From: a virus
DNA: 64,000 nt
Virus record (IMG/VR): IMGVR_UViG_3300044797_000094
Coordinates: 12,388 to 76,387 of that record
Reading direction: 5' to 3' (one strand)
Shown here: piece by piece, positions 48,058 through 57,524 of the stretch
Layout of the letters: each line of letters begins with the position of its first letter
Numbering within the stretch: the first letter of the stretch is position 1
Program-made: the position numbers and the translations under genes
Notes under the pieces: model-generated
What the model was told of the DNA's origin: nothing
Seen by the model: only the letters and a program-made list of their open reading frames with translations
Databases searched by the model: none

Positions 48058-49164
48058 ATGCCTAAATCGGTCATGTTCGTCTCCCGCTATCTCGCTGAAT
48101 CAAACAACGGAAGCGGCGAAATGAACCTCGGCTTTATTCGCTACCTCAAGCGAATTGGATTCGACGTCACCTTTCTGCTTCTCGGCGGTTCCCGCGCGGT
48201 CGGGGAGGAATTGAAGTCGCTCTGCACGATGATGGCCGGAAACCAAGACGCTCCCTATTACGATTCGCCGGTCACGGACGGAGAAAGGCGAGTCATCCGG
48301 TGGGCCGTCGAAAAGATCAATCCGCAGATCGTGGTCGCCGATTATTCGTGGATTGCCGGATGCCTTGACGAAGTTCCGTCGACCGTTGAAAAGATGATCC
48401 TCGTTCACGATCTTCGAACCCGCATCATCGCCGACTTTGAAAAGGAAGGTTTCTTTCACTGCCATCATCCGTGGGACGAGCGGCAGGAATCGGAGTGCCT
48501 CCGAAAAGCCTCAACGATCATCGCGATTCAGGACAAGGACGCGGATGAGTGCCGCAGGATGGCTCCTGAGGCGAAGATCATCCAGATCAACCTGTCTGCG
48601 GAACTGAAGTTCTCCGACGAATCGTTAGTCGTTCAAGGTCGAGTGTTCTATGTGGCTTCTGGAGTCGACGAAAACAAAATTGCGATTGAGCGATTCATTG
48701 ACAACTGTTGGCCGAAAATTCGGAGTGAGGCCACGAACGCAAGCCTTCATATCGCCGGCGGTGTCTGCGGGCGACTTCAGATCGCTCACGATTCAGGGAT
48801 CTCGCTTCTCGGATATGTGCCGGATCTCGATCAAGAATACGCCGAAGCAGCGGTGTGCATCGTGCCAGTCTTTCACGGAGGAGGAACGAAACTGAAGTTC
48901 ATCGGCGGACTCTCGCACGGAAAGGCGATGGTCGGGAACAGTTTCGCAATCGACGGTTTCCCGACGGCGGAGCAGTGCCTGTGTGTGTGCGACGGCATCG
49001 CGGAGGAATTCGCCAATTCAGTGATCATGCTGCTTCAAATGCCAGACATACGAGAAGCGGCGCGGGTCTTCGCGCAACACATCGCCAGCGAGACTCTTCC
49101 GATGGAAATCGCCTACAAAAATCTGACCGACCATTTCCAGTCAAAAGGCTTCGCCGATGCGTGA
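48058..49164 (+). CDS. GT4-like glycosyltransferase, paralogue of the previous gene
   Basis: Shared VEKMILVHDLRTRI and HHPW; GGGTKLK. Confidence 0.8.
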   Translation: MPKSVMFVSRYLAESNNGSGEMNLGFIRYLKRIGFDVTFLLLGGSRAVGEELKSLCTMMAGNQDAPYYDSPVTDGERRVIRWAVEKINPQIVVADYSWIAGCLDEVPSTVEKMILVHDLRTRIIADFEKEGFFHCHHPWDERQESECLRKASTIIAIQDKDADECRRMAPEAKIIQINLSAELKFSDESLVVQGRVFYVASGVDENKIAIERFIDNCWPKIRSEATNASLHIAGGVCGRLQIAHDSGISLLGYVPDLDQEYAEAAVCIVPVFHGGGTKLKFIGGLSHGKAMVGNSFAIDGFPTAEQCLCVCDGIAEEFANSVIMLLQMPDIREAARVFAQHIASETLPMEIAYKNLTDHFQSKGFADA

Positions 49165-49987
49165 GAAAATCATCATCGCCGGCGCATCTGGGTATATCGG
49201 CGAGTTCTTAAGCCGTCGATTGTCGCAAGATGGGCATAAAATAAAACCTCTGGACAGGACCCACGGATGCGACATCAGAAACAAGCAAAACGTCGCGAAT
49301 CTATTCGCTGATTTCATGCCAACTGTCGTTATTGATTGCTTGGATTTCGGAACACTGAAAGAGGTGCAAGAAAACCAAGAAAAGGCATCGTCCGTAATAG
49401 TCGGCGGCGCAAATACTTTGGCGGGGCTCGCGAAGATCCACGATGCGTACATCATTCAAATGTCGACGTCCTATGTATTCGCGGGGAACGGCATCAAACA
49501 CAATGAATTTGACACGCCGAAACCATTCAACGCCTACGCGGCACTCAAGCTCATCGCGGAATCGGCGTGTCACAAATCCGGCCTGATTCTCCGCATGAGC
49601 GGCGTCTACGGCTATAAGCGAGAAAAAAGCGACAATCTTGATTTATGGGCAATCTCCGAATGGAAAAAAGGAAGCATCATCAAGGCGTTTGAACTCTACT
49701 ATTCGACGCCGACATTCATAGGCGATTTGGCGGATGTGGTTTCCAACGCCATCAAGTCGCGTGCAACTGATCTTTATCATGTCGCCGGACCGGACCGTAT
49801 GAACCGCTACGATTTCTTCCTCAAACTCGCCGAACGAATGGGTCACGACTGGACATGCGTCGTTCCGAGCCGCGAAATTGACGGCTTGCGGCCATTGGAC
49901 GGCTCGCTTGACTCAAGTCTCGTCCAGCGGGAACTTGGCGTAGAAATGCACGATGTCAGGGACGGGATGCTGCTGGCGGATTACTGA
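49157..49987 (+). CDS. rmlD: dTDP-4-dehydrorhamnose reductase-like SDR
   Basis: GASGYIG, STSYVFAG, YAALK, TPT, RP..GSLD. Confidence 0.75.
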   Translation: MREKIIIAGASGYIGEFLSRRLSQDGHKIKPLDRTHGCDIRNKQNVANLFADFMPTVVIDCLDFGTLKEVQENQEKASSVIVGGANTLAGLAKIHDAYIIQMSTSYVFAGNGIKHNEFDTPKPFNAYAALKLIAESACHKSGLILRMSGVYGYKREKSDNLDLWAISEWKKGSIIKAFELYYSTPTFIGDLADVVSNAIKSRATDLYHVAGPDRMNRYDFFLKLAERMGHDWTCVVPSREIDGLRPLDGSLDSSLVQRELGVEMHDVRDGMLLADY

Positions 49988-50077
49988 CTGGGATGTGCAT
50001 GCACACGCCTAGCACTATCCATCCAAGCCAATCGCAGATGTTACGCAGGTGCTGCGACAAATTGCAAAAAAGCATGA

Positions 50078-50122
50078 AAATGGTTGACGATTATTGACAG
50101 GTCGCCGAACCGATCGTATAAA
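50078..50122 (+). promoter_or_regulatory. Operator-like box plus promoter
   Basis: AAATGGTTGACGATTA (50078-50093); TTGACA-N17-TATAAA. Confidence 0.7.
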
Positions 50123-50154
50123 GCTTCTGTCGACAATTGCGAAAAGGAAGCACA

Positions 50155-50559
50155 ATGGAAACCAGCACGCTCTTGGAAATCCCTGAATCTCTCAAGAATC
50201 AGCCGAGCAAAAAAGTTCCTCAACTACGCAACCGCTGGTTCGCCGAAGCCTCCCATTTTTGGATTCAGTGTGTTAGGTCTGGCGAAGATCCCCACGCGGC
50301 CGGGAAACGCATCGGAGTCTGTCGCGATGCTGTCGGACGCTGGATCAGAGATCGAAGGGCCGACGCTTCCCCGAGACGCTCGCTCGTCGTCAAACGTGCG
50401 ATGATTTCCGCGAAGCCGCCTGCCGAGTCAGTCGATAATCTTTGGGAGCGATATTTCGCGTCTGCGCCCGGTTCTGTGGAAGCGGCTAATTTGATGCGTA
50501 AGATCCGAGAATCTAGTCCGTCAATCGACGCGACTGAGGATGATGAGGCCGACGAATGA
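50155..50559 (+). CDS. Hypothetical, possible HTH protein
   Basis: AAGKRIGVCRDAVGRW helix-turn-helix-like segment. Confidence 0.55.
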   Translation: METSTLLEIPESLKNQPSKKVPQLRNRWFAEASHFWIQCVRSGEDPHAAGKRIGVCRDAVGRWIRDRRADASPRRSLVVKRAMISAKPPAESVDNLWERYFASAPGSVEAANLMRKIRESSPSIDATEDDEADE

Positions 50560-51110
50560 AGCGACAGGACGCCAAACGACGGCGAAGCCAAAAAAAGAAA
50601 AGGGTTGTGGACCATTCCGTCGCTGAAGAGTGCATGGAATATCGCAAGCAGTTTAGCGAATTCGTCTGCGAAACGTGTGAGTTTCTTCGAAAACATCCAC
50701 CAGCGAGAGAATGGATCGAAGTGCGAAAGGCGGCGCAATTTACCCTTCGAACGGAGGTTCATCACATTTTCCGGCGTGGGAAGGCCCCAGAATTGGGATG
50801 GTTCTGCTGTCTTGTATTGATCTGTCCCGCATGCCACGGCTACGGCCATGATGTCAATGAGTCCCATTTGAAATTGTGCTCATTGATGGCAAAAATTGAA
50901 CGGCATAAACGACATGAGGAACTTCAGTTGATTGGATTGGAGCCAGCGGAAACACCTCCAGAACGACTGCACAAGAACGTCTCGGCGTGGAACAAGGTCT
51001 GCGGAAGCCCAACTCTGATAGGCCGAATTGAAGCGTTGCTTTTGCCGAAGATCGATGGAACGGTATTTGAGTCGATGTGCTGTGATTTATTGAAGGAAAT
51101 TTCGCGATGA
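50556..51110 (+). CDS. HNH-fold nuclease-like protein
   Basis: CETC...EVHHI...LICPACH..H. Confidence 0.65.
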   Translation: MKRQDAKRRRSQKKKRVVDHSVAEECMEYRKQFSEFVCETCEFLRKHPPAREWIEVRKAAQFTLRTEVHHIFRRGKAPELGWFCCLVLICPACHGYGHDVNESHLKLCSLMAKIERHKRHEELQLIGLEPAETPPERLHKNVSAWNKVCGSPTLIGRIEALLLPKIDGTVFESMCCDLLKEISR

Positions 51111-51400
51111 CCGAGAAAGATAAATCGCCAGGGCAAATCAATTACGAAGCTGTCTTCGCTCCAAAGAATGGTGTGATTGATGTGGTTGTTCCTCCCGCTA
51201 TTTATATTTGGGAGGAAACGGCAGACGAGATTCGGCAGCGGTTTGAATCAGCGGCGCAACAAGTCCGCCAGCCTTTACTGAAAATCATTCGACAGATGCG
51301 GGAGGAGCTGCGTTATCTCGCAATTCTGTCTCGCCAGCAGAAACGAGGTCGCGTCGTAGAGGTCTTAGACAGAGCCGATGCCGAACTGGAGAGGTGGTGA
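51107..51400 (+). CDS. Hypothetical protein (PGQIxYEA family)
   Basis: Coupled ORF. Confidence 0.55.
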   Translation: MTEKDKSPGQINYEAVFAPKNGVIDVVVPPAIYIWEETADEIRQRFESAAQQVRQPLLKIIRQMREELRYLAILSRQQKRGRVVEVLDRADAELERW

Positions 51401-51609
51401 AACGGCAAGACAGCGATCTGAGATACGAAGAACTCCGCAAAATGTTTTGCCGACGAGGCGAGTTCTGCCAAATGCTGATTGCCCAGCAAGATTGCCTTTT
51501 GGGTGCCGTCAAGTTCATTCTGCCGTTCGTGGACGACGCAATGAAAAATTATCTTAGAAACGCGATCGAACGCATTGAATCTCTTGAAGCGACTTACAAG
51601 GAAAGGTAA
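51394..51609 (+). CDS. Hypothetical protein
   Basis: Coupled ORF. Confidence 0.45.
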   Translation: MVKRQDSDLRYEELRKMFCRRGEFCQMLIAQQDCLLGAVKFILPFVDDAMKNYLRNAIERIESLEATYKER

Positions 51610-51613
51610 GAAA

Positions 51614-52339
51614 ATGTCGACGATGATTGATGAGAATCTTCGGGTCCACGTCGTGGACCTGGAAACAACCGGTCTTGATCCGGAAAAAGACAAGGTGATT
51701 GAATTCGCTGAAGTCATTGTGGGCTTTGACGGAATCGAGGACCAGCGATCGCAACTATACAGCCCTGGAATTCCAATCAACCCAGCGGCCTCGGCGGCTC
51801 ATCATCTGGTTGACGAAGATGTGATCGACTGTCAGCCGAGTCCGCCAAGAGATGGCTATTGGAGCGTCCCGGCGGTCTATGCCTGCCACAATGCGGCGTT
51901 CGATACGAGCTTCATCATGTTTCCAGGTCCGGTCGTTTGCACAATGCGGCTTGCTCAGAAACTGTGGCCGGATCTGGAGCGGTATGATAATCAGTTTCTT
52001 CGCTACTTTCACGAGCTCGATGTTCCGGTCCCAAAAGGCTCGTCGATGCATCGTGCTCTGCCGGACGCAACTGTTACAGCATGCCTGTTACTTCACGAGC
52101 TAAAAGAGGTATTAAGTCGCAGTGATGTACCGATGACTATCGAGCAGTTGATCGACTGGATCGAAACGCCGATGCTCTTACATCGCGTGCGCTTCGGGAA
52201 GCACGGTCCGAAAGATGGAAAGCCTGGGCTTCTCTGGAGCGAAGTTCCGAAGGATTATCTGAGGTGGATTTTGAAGAGCTTCACGGACGCCGATCGAGAC
52301 ACGGTCTATACCGCGAAGCATTACCTTGGGCAACGATGA
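51614..52339 (+). CDS. DEDDh 3'-5' exonuclease, ExoX-like
   Basis: DLETTG, HNAAFD, HRALPD, C-terminal FGKH...VPKDYLRW. Confidence 0.85.
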   Translation: MSTMIDENLRVHVVDLETTGLDPEKDKVIEFAEVIVGFDGIEDQRSQLYSPGIPINPAASAAHHLVDEDVIDCQPSPPRDGYWSVPAVYACHNAAFDTSFIMFPGPVVCTMRLAQKLWPDLERYDNQFLRYFHELDVPVPKGSSMHRALPDATVTACLLLHELKEVLSRSDVPMTIEQLIDWIETPMLLHRVRFGKHGPKDGKPGLLWSEVPKDYLRWILKSFTDADRDTVYTAKHYLGQR

Positions 52340-53028
52340 CGCTTTTGAAATGTAACAATATGAAGACTTTGCGGCAATTGGAAAATAAGCTATCCGAAAA
52401 ACAAAAGCGAGCCACTGAATCGCTGTTGATGGTATTCGCGGCCACGCCAGCGCAAATCGACGAATCGCTGCGAATCGCAAGCAAGCACGTCAATAGCTTC
52501 GTGACATCGCATCGGCACGTCGAGCAGGTGCGAAACGGGGTCGCGGCCACAACTGGCATCAAATATCGGTTGCGAACGCGCCGGATGGACGAAGGGTTTA
52601 CTGTCGAGGTGCATCACCTGTCGGAAGGAGTGTTTATAACAGATGCTATAACGCATGTTATGGAGTCTGTTAAAGAGGCAACTAATGAAGCTGTGAAGTG
52701 GGCCGATGAACACGACATTAAACTGCGGATTTCGTACCGCCCGAGAATCTATTACGAAGGCGAGCGAAAATACGACATGGACATCAAGATGATCAGTGCC
52801 GAGCGAGAAGCAGTCGTCGGCAAGGTTCGTCTTGTGCTCGCACAGGCGTCGAAGCCAAACGCGAACGCCTATGATCTGATGCAACCGCTCGCTCCGGCGC
52901 TGGATCGCTTTCAATCGCTTCTTGTCGAGTTCCGACTGTGGTGGAATTCGGACGGGAAGTGGATCGGAAGGAAACGGAAAGCTTCAAAACCAAAGGCGGC
53001 TCCTGAAATCCAATCGTCAGTCTCTTGA
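52336..53028 (+). CDS. Hypothetical protein
   Basis: Coupled ORF. Confidence 0.55.
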   Translation: MTLLKCNNMKTLRQLENKLSEKQKRATESLLMVFAATPAQIDESLRIASKHVNSFVTSHRHVEQVRNGVAATTGIKYRLRTRRMDEGFTVEVHHLSEGVFITDAITHVMESVKEATNEAVKWADEHDIKLRISYRPRIYYEGERKYDMDIKMISAEREAVVGKVRLVLAQASKPNANAYDLMQPLAPALDRFQSLLVEFRLWWNSDGKWIGRKRKASKPKAAPEIQSSVS

Positions 53029-53058
53029 TTTCTCGCGTGGGAGTCTGATAATGCGAAC

Positions 53059-53157
53059 GCGACTTCTGAAGGGGTTGCCGCCACAATCCACAAAATCGGA
53101 TTCATCCGTACGAACAAAGCCTTGGTGAGAGACCTTCAGCTCTTGCCAAGGCTTTTT
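53059..53157 (+). promoter_or_regulatory. Kissing-loop attenuator-like leader of the replication gene
   Basis: Loops contain CTGAAGG and CCTTCAG; AAAGCCTTGG/CCAAGGCTTT stem with T tract. Confidence 0.55.
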
Positions 53158-53203
53158 CGTGCCATTTCGAAAACGTCTGACACGTTTCCAGGAAGGACAC
53201 TGG

Positions 53204-54178
53204 ATGAGCGGGCCAATAGACGCCATCAATGATGGCAAATCTTGGATAAAGCTACACAGATCGCTTTTAGAAAGCCCAGTCTTCACTAACGACGGGTTGT
53301 TTCGCCTCTGGTCGTTCATACTCCTTTCCGCAAATTGGCGAGACAGAAAAGTGTTAATACCCGGCACGCTTTCGGAGATCGTCGTGCCACGCGGTTCGTT
53401 AGTCACAGGACGATTTGCCTTGCATGCGAAGCTCTATCCGGCTCGTGACGAGAATGGGCGTTTAATTAGGCATGAACACGTCCCGCACCAAACAACTGTC
53501 TGGAGACGACTTGTCTGCCTCAGAGACATGAAATGCATAACTATCACATCACTGCTCAGCAAGTGCTCATTGATAAGTGTAATAAACTACGACACTTACC
53601 AAAACAACAATGAGGCGTGTGCTCAGGTCAGTGCGCAGGTCGATGCTCAGGTCACGCTCAGGTCACGCTCAGGTGACGCTCAAGTGACGCTCACTCCTAA
53701 AGAATTTAAGAATTTAAGAATAGAAGAAAGAGAAGAAAAGAGCGACATTTTCGCTTTTGAAGAAATTGAAGAAGAATCGCTTCAAAAGGCAATCGACGGT
53801 CATGGGGCGGCATTGGAAGCGATCGGCGCCGCCGGCGTCTTCAAGGTCGGACCATCAAGGGAATGTCGAGAATGGTTTGAAATCTATCCAGAACATCGTC
53901 GAGTGAACATCCGAGATTGCATTGTGCAATTCGAAGCGACGATCGAGGAAATCAAGGCCGGGAAAAAATGCGACCGTGAAGCTGCCGTCAAATGGCTGAT
54001 GGCACACACAATCGAGTTTTCGAAGTCATGGAAGGGAAAACACCCAGACTTCTGCTGGTCGGCAAGAAACTTCCTTGACGGCAACTGGAAGATCAAAAAA
54101 GAAAGCTGGCAAGAGCCAAAATCGAACTCGAAGCCAAGGCCGAAAGTTCAACCCCTCAACGGGCGAAAAATGATATGA
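53204..54178 (+). CDS. Phage replication initiator (lambda O/DnaD-like)
   Basis: WIKLHRSL, LLSAN, PRGSLVTG, VINYDTYQ; upstream of the helicase. Confidence 0.8.
   Translation: MSGPIDAINDGKSWIKLHRSLLESPVFTNDGLFRLWSFILLSANWRDRKVLIPGTLSEIVVPRGSLVTGRFALHAKLYPARDENGRLIRHEHVPHQTTVWRRLVCLRDMKCITITSLLSKCSLISVINYDTYQNNNEACAQVSAQVDAQVTLRSRSGDAQVTLTPKEFKNLRIEEREEKSDIFAFEEIEEESLQKAIDGHGAALEAIGAAGVFKVGPSRECREWFEIYPEHRRVNIRDCIVQFEATIEEIKAGKKCDREAAVKWLMAHTIEFSKSWKGKHPDFCWSARNFLDGNWKIKKESWQEPKSNSKPRPKVQPLNGRKMI
53621..53745. repeat. Iteron array plus AT/purine-rich tract: probable replication origin
   Basis: GCTCAGGT(C/G)AC-like units at 53621, 53633, 53645, 53656, 53667, 53678, then AAGAATTT repeats. Confidence 0.75.
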
Positions 54179-55524
54179 GCCGGTCCGACGGAATTCCGCC
54201 GAACAACCTTGAAGCCGAGCGATCGGTTTTGGGGTGTTGCCTGCTTGATGGAGGGAAAGTCGAAGCCGTTAGCGACATTCTGAGCGACGGGGCGGCATTC
54301 TACTCGGACGTTCATTCGACGATCTTTCGATCAGCGATTCGAGCGGTGGAGAAAAACAATGGGAATGTCGACGTGATTTTGGCGGCGAGCGAACTGGAGT
54401 TGATGGGAAAGCTGAATGACGTTGGCGGACCGACATACTTGCTGGAATGCCTGAACACGGTCCCACATTCGGCGCACGCGGAATATTACGCGGAAATCGT
54501 CGCTTCGCATCACCGACGTCGGCAGATGCTGGCAATCGGCGAGAAGCTCATTACCGGGGCTCACGACATTTCCAAGAGCGATCAGGACGTCATCGATGAC
54601 GCCCATGACGCGGCAATGCAGATGGCGGAAGTTTTGATGGTCAAGCGGTCAAGGCCGAGATTACTCAAGGACCACGCATTCGAATTGACCGAGTTACTGG
54701 ATCGAGGCGAATCGCCAGCGGTGTTTCATGGGATTCCAGACGTTGACTCGCTGATTCGCGGAGTATGGCCAGGAGAACTGATTGTCATCGGCGCGAGACC
54801 TGGCCATGGTAAGAGTCTCCTTGGGCTTCAATGGCTTGATTTATCAGCCACGCACGGAGAAAACTCGCTCATGATCTCTGAAGAAATGGAAGCCGCTTCA
54901 CTGGCATCACGAACGCTTGCGTATCTCTCACCGATTCATCCAGAGCAGTGGCGGGCGCAATCTGCGAGCCTGCGACAATCAGCCGAAGAACATTTCAAAG
55001 CTCGGTCAGGAGTTCTGATTGCCGAACGATGTTCATCAATCGCGTCGGTCGAGCGAACGATTAGCCGAGCGGTCCAGTCCCACAGAATCAAGCTCGTCGC
55101 TGTGGACTATGCTCAACTGATCGACGGAGACGGGGAAACGAAGGAACAGAGGGTCAGTAATGTCTCTTCAAGACTGAAAACAGCGGCTATGAAACATTCA
55201 ATCGTGATCATCCTTTTGGCCCAACTCAATCGGGCTGTTGAGACGAGGGATGACCTGACGCCGAGAATATCCGACTTGAAAGATTCCGGAGGATTGGAAG
55301 CCGATGCGGATGTCGTCTTGCTGCCATACTGCCCTTCGATATTCGACAAGGACTACGAAAATAAAGATGAGTATCGAGTCATCTGCGCCAAAAACAGAAG
55401 TCGCAAGGGGCGTGGAGAAGTGATTGAAATGCGTTGTGATTTCGCCCGACAGAGGATTCTGTCGATCAGCGAATCGGATGGTCGTCAGTATTCGGATGCT
55501 GATGTGGATCGATTTTGGAAGTGA
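54175..55524 (+). CDS. dnaB: Replicative DNA helicase
   Basis: PPNNLEAERSVLG, GARPGHGKS, VDYAQL, AQLNR, DLKDSGGLEADAD, KNR. Confidence 0.92.
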   Translation: MSRSDGIPPNNLEAERSVLGCCLLDGGKVEAVSDILSDGAAFYSDVHSTIFRSAIRAVEKNNGNVDVILAASELELMGKLNDVGGPTYLLECLNTVPHSAHAEYYAEIVASHHRRRQMLAIGEKLITGAHDISKSDQDVIDDAHDAAMQMAEVLMVKRSRPRLLKDHAFELTELLDRGESPAVFHGIPDVDSLIRGVWPGELIVIGARPGHGKSLLGLQWLDLSATHGENSLMISEEMEAASLASRTLAYLSPIHPEQWRAQSASLRQSAEEHFKARSGVLIAERCSSIASVERTISRAVQSHRIKLVAVDYAQLIDGDGETKEQRVSNVSSRLKTAAMKHSIVIILLAQLNRAVETRDDLTPRISDLKDSGGLEADADVVLLPYCPSIFDKDYENKDEYRVICAKNRSRKGRGEVIEMRCDFARQRILSISESDGRQYSDADVDRFWK

Positions 55525-55536
55525 AAGGAAAAAGAA

Positions 55537-56253
55537 ATGGGCGGATTGATGTCTGGGGCCAGGGCGTTGCGATTACCAAATGAGGCTGGCCAAAAGGAAA
55601 AATGCGTCGAAGCAGCGAAGCGGCTCGTCAAGACGTTGAGAAAGTGCGGCGCGATTGATGAGGCGAGTCTTGATGAGCTTGTCACTCAATGCGTCATTTA
55701 CCGAATGACGAACGCGATGAGAAAATCGAGCGTGATCTCTAAAGCTGATGCTGATGCGGTTCTAGGAAAATTCTCCGAGTACCAAAAAAAGCGAACGACA
55801 GTCGGTGTGTCAAGAGACGAACAAGCCGCCTACGAAATCGCGAAAGCGGCCACAAGTGGCACCAACGGACGGCGGATTCCAATTACGACAATGGACGGCA
55901 AGGAGTTGTGCGGCTCAATATGCCGCGATGCGACGGATGCAACAGAAGACCGCATCGGCGACATGTCCGGCATGGACTGGAAGTTTGTCGAATGCGACCA
56001 TATTGGAGAACTCAAGATCGCGGATCTCGAAAACACATGGACAATCGAAATACGACCATTGCAACAGAAAATCTACAAATGTGCTTGCGGTGAATTTGAA
56101 ACGCTCAACGAATGCGTCACCTCAATCCGTCGCTCAGTGAACCTGGCAAAAAACACAAAGGAACCAACACGCGAAGAACTGCTGAAAACCATCGAAGAAC
56201 TCCGTGGAAAACTCGCTTGCATGGAAGCCGCAGGGGCCAATGATGGAAAATAA
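55537..56253 (+). CDS. Hypothetical protein
   Basis: 238-aa ORF with RBS. Confidence 0.6.
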   Translation: MGGLMSGARALRLPNEAGQKEKCVEAAKRLVKTLRKCGAIDEASLDELVTQCVIYRMTNAMRKSSVISKADADAVLGKFSEYQKKRTTVGVSRDEQAAYEIAKAATSGTNGRRIPITTMDGKELCGSICRDATDATEDRIGDMSGMDWKFVECDHIGELKIADLENTWTIEIRPLQQKIYKCACGEFETLNECVTSIRRSVNLAKNTKEPTREELLKTIEELRGKLACMEAAGANDGK

Positions 56254-56578
56254 ACCGCCTCTCATTCTCGTCGTCGAAAACGTTTTGGACACCGGCGAAT
56301 CGATCACGCTGAGCATCGAACATGAGTTTCCAAACATGCACAGCGCCCCGGCCAACGCGAAGCTGTGGCCAGACCTCCCAGAGGGATTTACCTGGTTCTA
56401 TGGACATCTCATTGAGCCTTCGCCAAATGCGGTTCTTTATGATTTGTTTGGCGTCGCCACGCCGCGACTGGACCAGCTTCCATGTGTATTCAAAATCAGT
56501 AACGATGGAATTGAATCGGCGTTCAATCAGACTGCCGATCAGATGTGTCAATGGATTAAAGAAAGGCTGCCACGATGA
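56240..56578 (+). CDS. Hypothetical protein
   Basis: Coupled ORF. Confidence 0.5.
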   Translation: MMENKPPLILVVENVLDTGESITLSIEHEFPNMHSAPANAKLWPDLPEGFTWFYGHLIEPSPNAVLYDLFGVATPRLDQLPCVFKISNDGIESAFNQTADQMCQWIKERLPR

Positions 56579-57192
56579 ATGCGATATGTATTGACGCCGA
56601 TTATGTCGGCGGTCGCCTTCACTTGGGGCGCGAGTACGATATTCAACAACATTCGCCAGGATTTGTGACCACTGCGAATAACGAAAATCAGCGCGAAATA
56701 TTCAGGGCCGACAGATTCAAGCCCGCCCAGGAAAACGAATCCGCGAAAATCCATTCACGGATTCAACGCTTCGAATCCGGAGACATCGTCCGAGCAATCA
56801 AGGATCATTCCGCTTGTAGTTATCTTGACGGCCAACAATTCACGGTCCAGCTTTGGATTGAATCCAGCGACGGAAATCACCGAGTGACATTCAGGGAAAT
56901 CGCCTTGGCACATGATCCGCGTGATTTCGTGCTCGTGAAAAAGAAAGAGCCAGAACACGCCGAAGGCCCAAGCGGTTTCTGGATGGTCAAGGGAAGCGGC
57001 CCGACGTCGTATGAGCACACATGCCTTGAATCCGCCGAACGAGAGGCGATGCGATTGGCGAAAGAGGCACCAGGCACAACCTTCACGGTTCTTGGCCCAA
57101 TCTGCTCGTATGTGACGAGTGAATTCCAGCGATACGATCTCACGAAGATCGCGGAAGACGGCGAAGATCTGGGGCGAGCGATTCCATTTTGA
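56575..57192 (+). CDS. Hypothetical protein
   Basis: FWMV...H..LESAEREAMRLA...PG..F.VL phage domain; C-terminal IPF. Confidence 0.6.
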   Translation: MNAICIDADYVGGRLHLGREYDIQQHSPGFVTTANNENQREIFRADRFKPAQENESAKIHSRIQRFESGDIVRAIKDHSACSYLDGQQFTVQLWIESSDGNHRVTFREIALAHDPRDFVLVKKKEPEHAEGPSGFWMVKGSGPTSYEHTCLESAEREAMRLAKEAPGTTFTVLGPICSYVTSEFQRYDLTKIAEDGEDLGRAIPF

Positions 57193-57203
57193 AATGTCAA
57201 GCC

Positions 57204-57440
57204 ATGTCGTACATCCTAAATGACGTTGTGCTCGTTGCGGAAACTGCCGATGCGTGGCTGCTTCGCATGACCTACGAGACAGAGGCCGAGATCCCCGATG
57301 AATTCGAAGCGGACGTCAATCAATGGTGGGTTCCGCTGAGCCAGATCGAGGACACCGACATCGAAGAAATCGGCGACCAGGGATACGTGGAAATGCCATC
57401 GTGGATCGCACGACAAAAAGAAATGCCCGACACAAAATAG
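57204..57440 (+). CDS. Hypothetical protein
   Basis: ET..AWL...WVPLSQI...MPSWIA phage family. Confidence 0.6.
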   Translation: MSYILNDVVLVAETADAWLLRMTYETEAEIPDEFEADVNQWWVPLSQIEDTDIEEIGDQGYVEMPSWIARQKEMPDTK

Positions 57441-57482
57441 TCAACAATTTCTCTTGCAATGCGGATCGACAGTCGATAAAAT
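57435..57482 (+). promoter_or_regulatory. Operator-like box plus promoter
   Basis: AAATAGTCAACAATTT (57435-57450); TTGCAA-N17-TAAAAT. Confidence 0.7.
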
Positions 57483-57524
57483 TACTCTCAGTGGTGAATC
57501 GCAATTCAAAATTGGAGGAAATTC

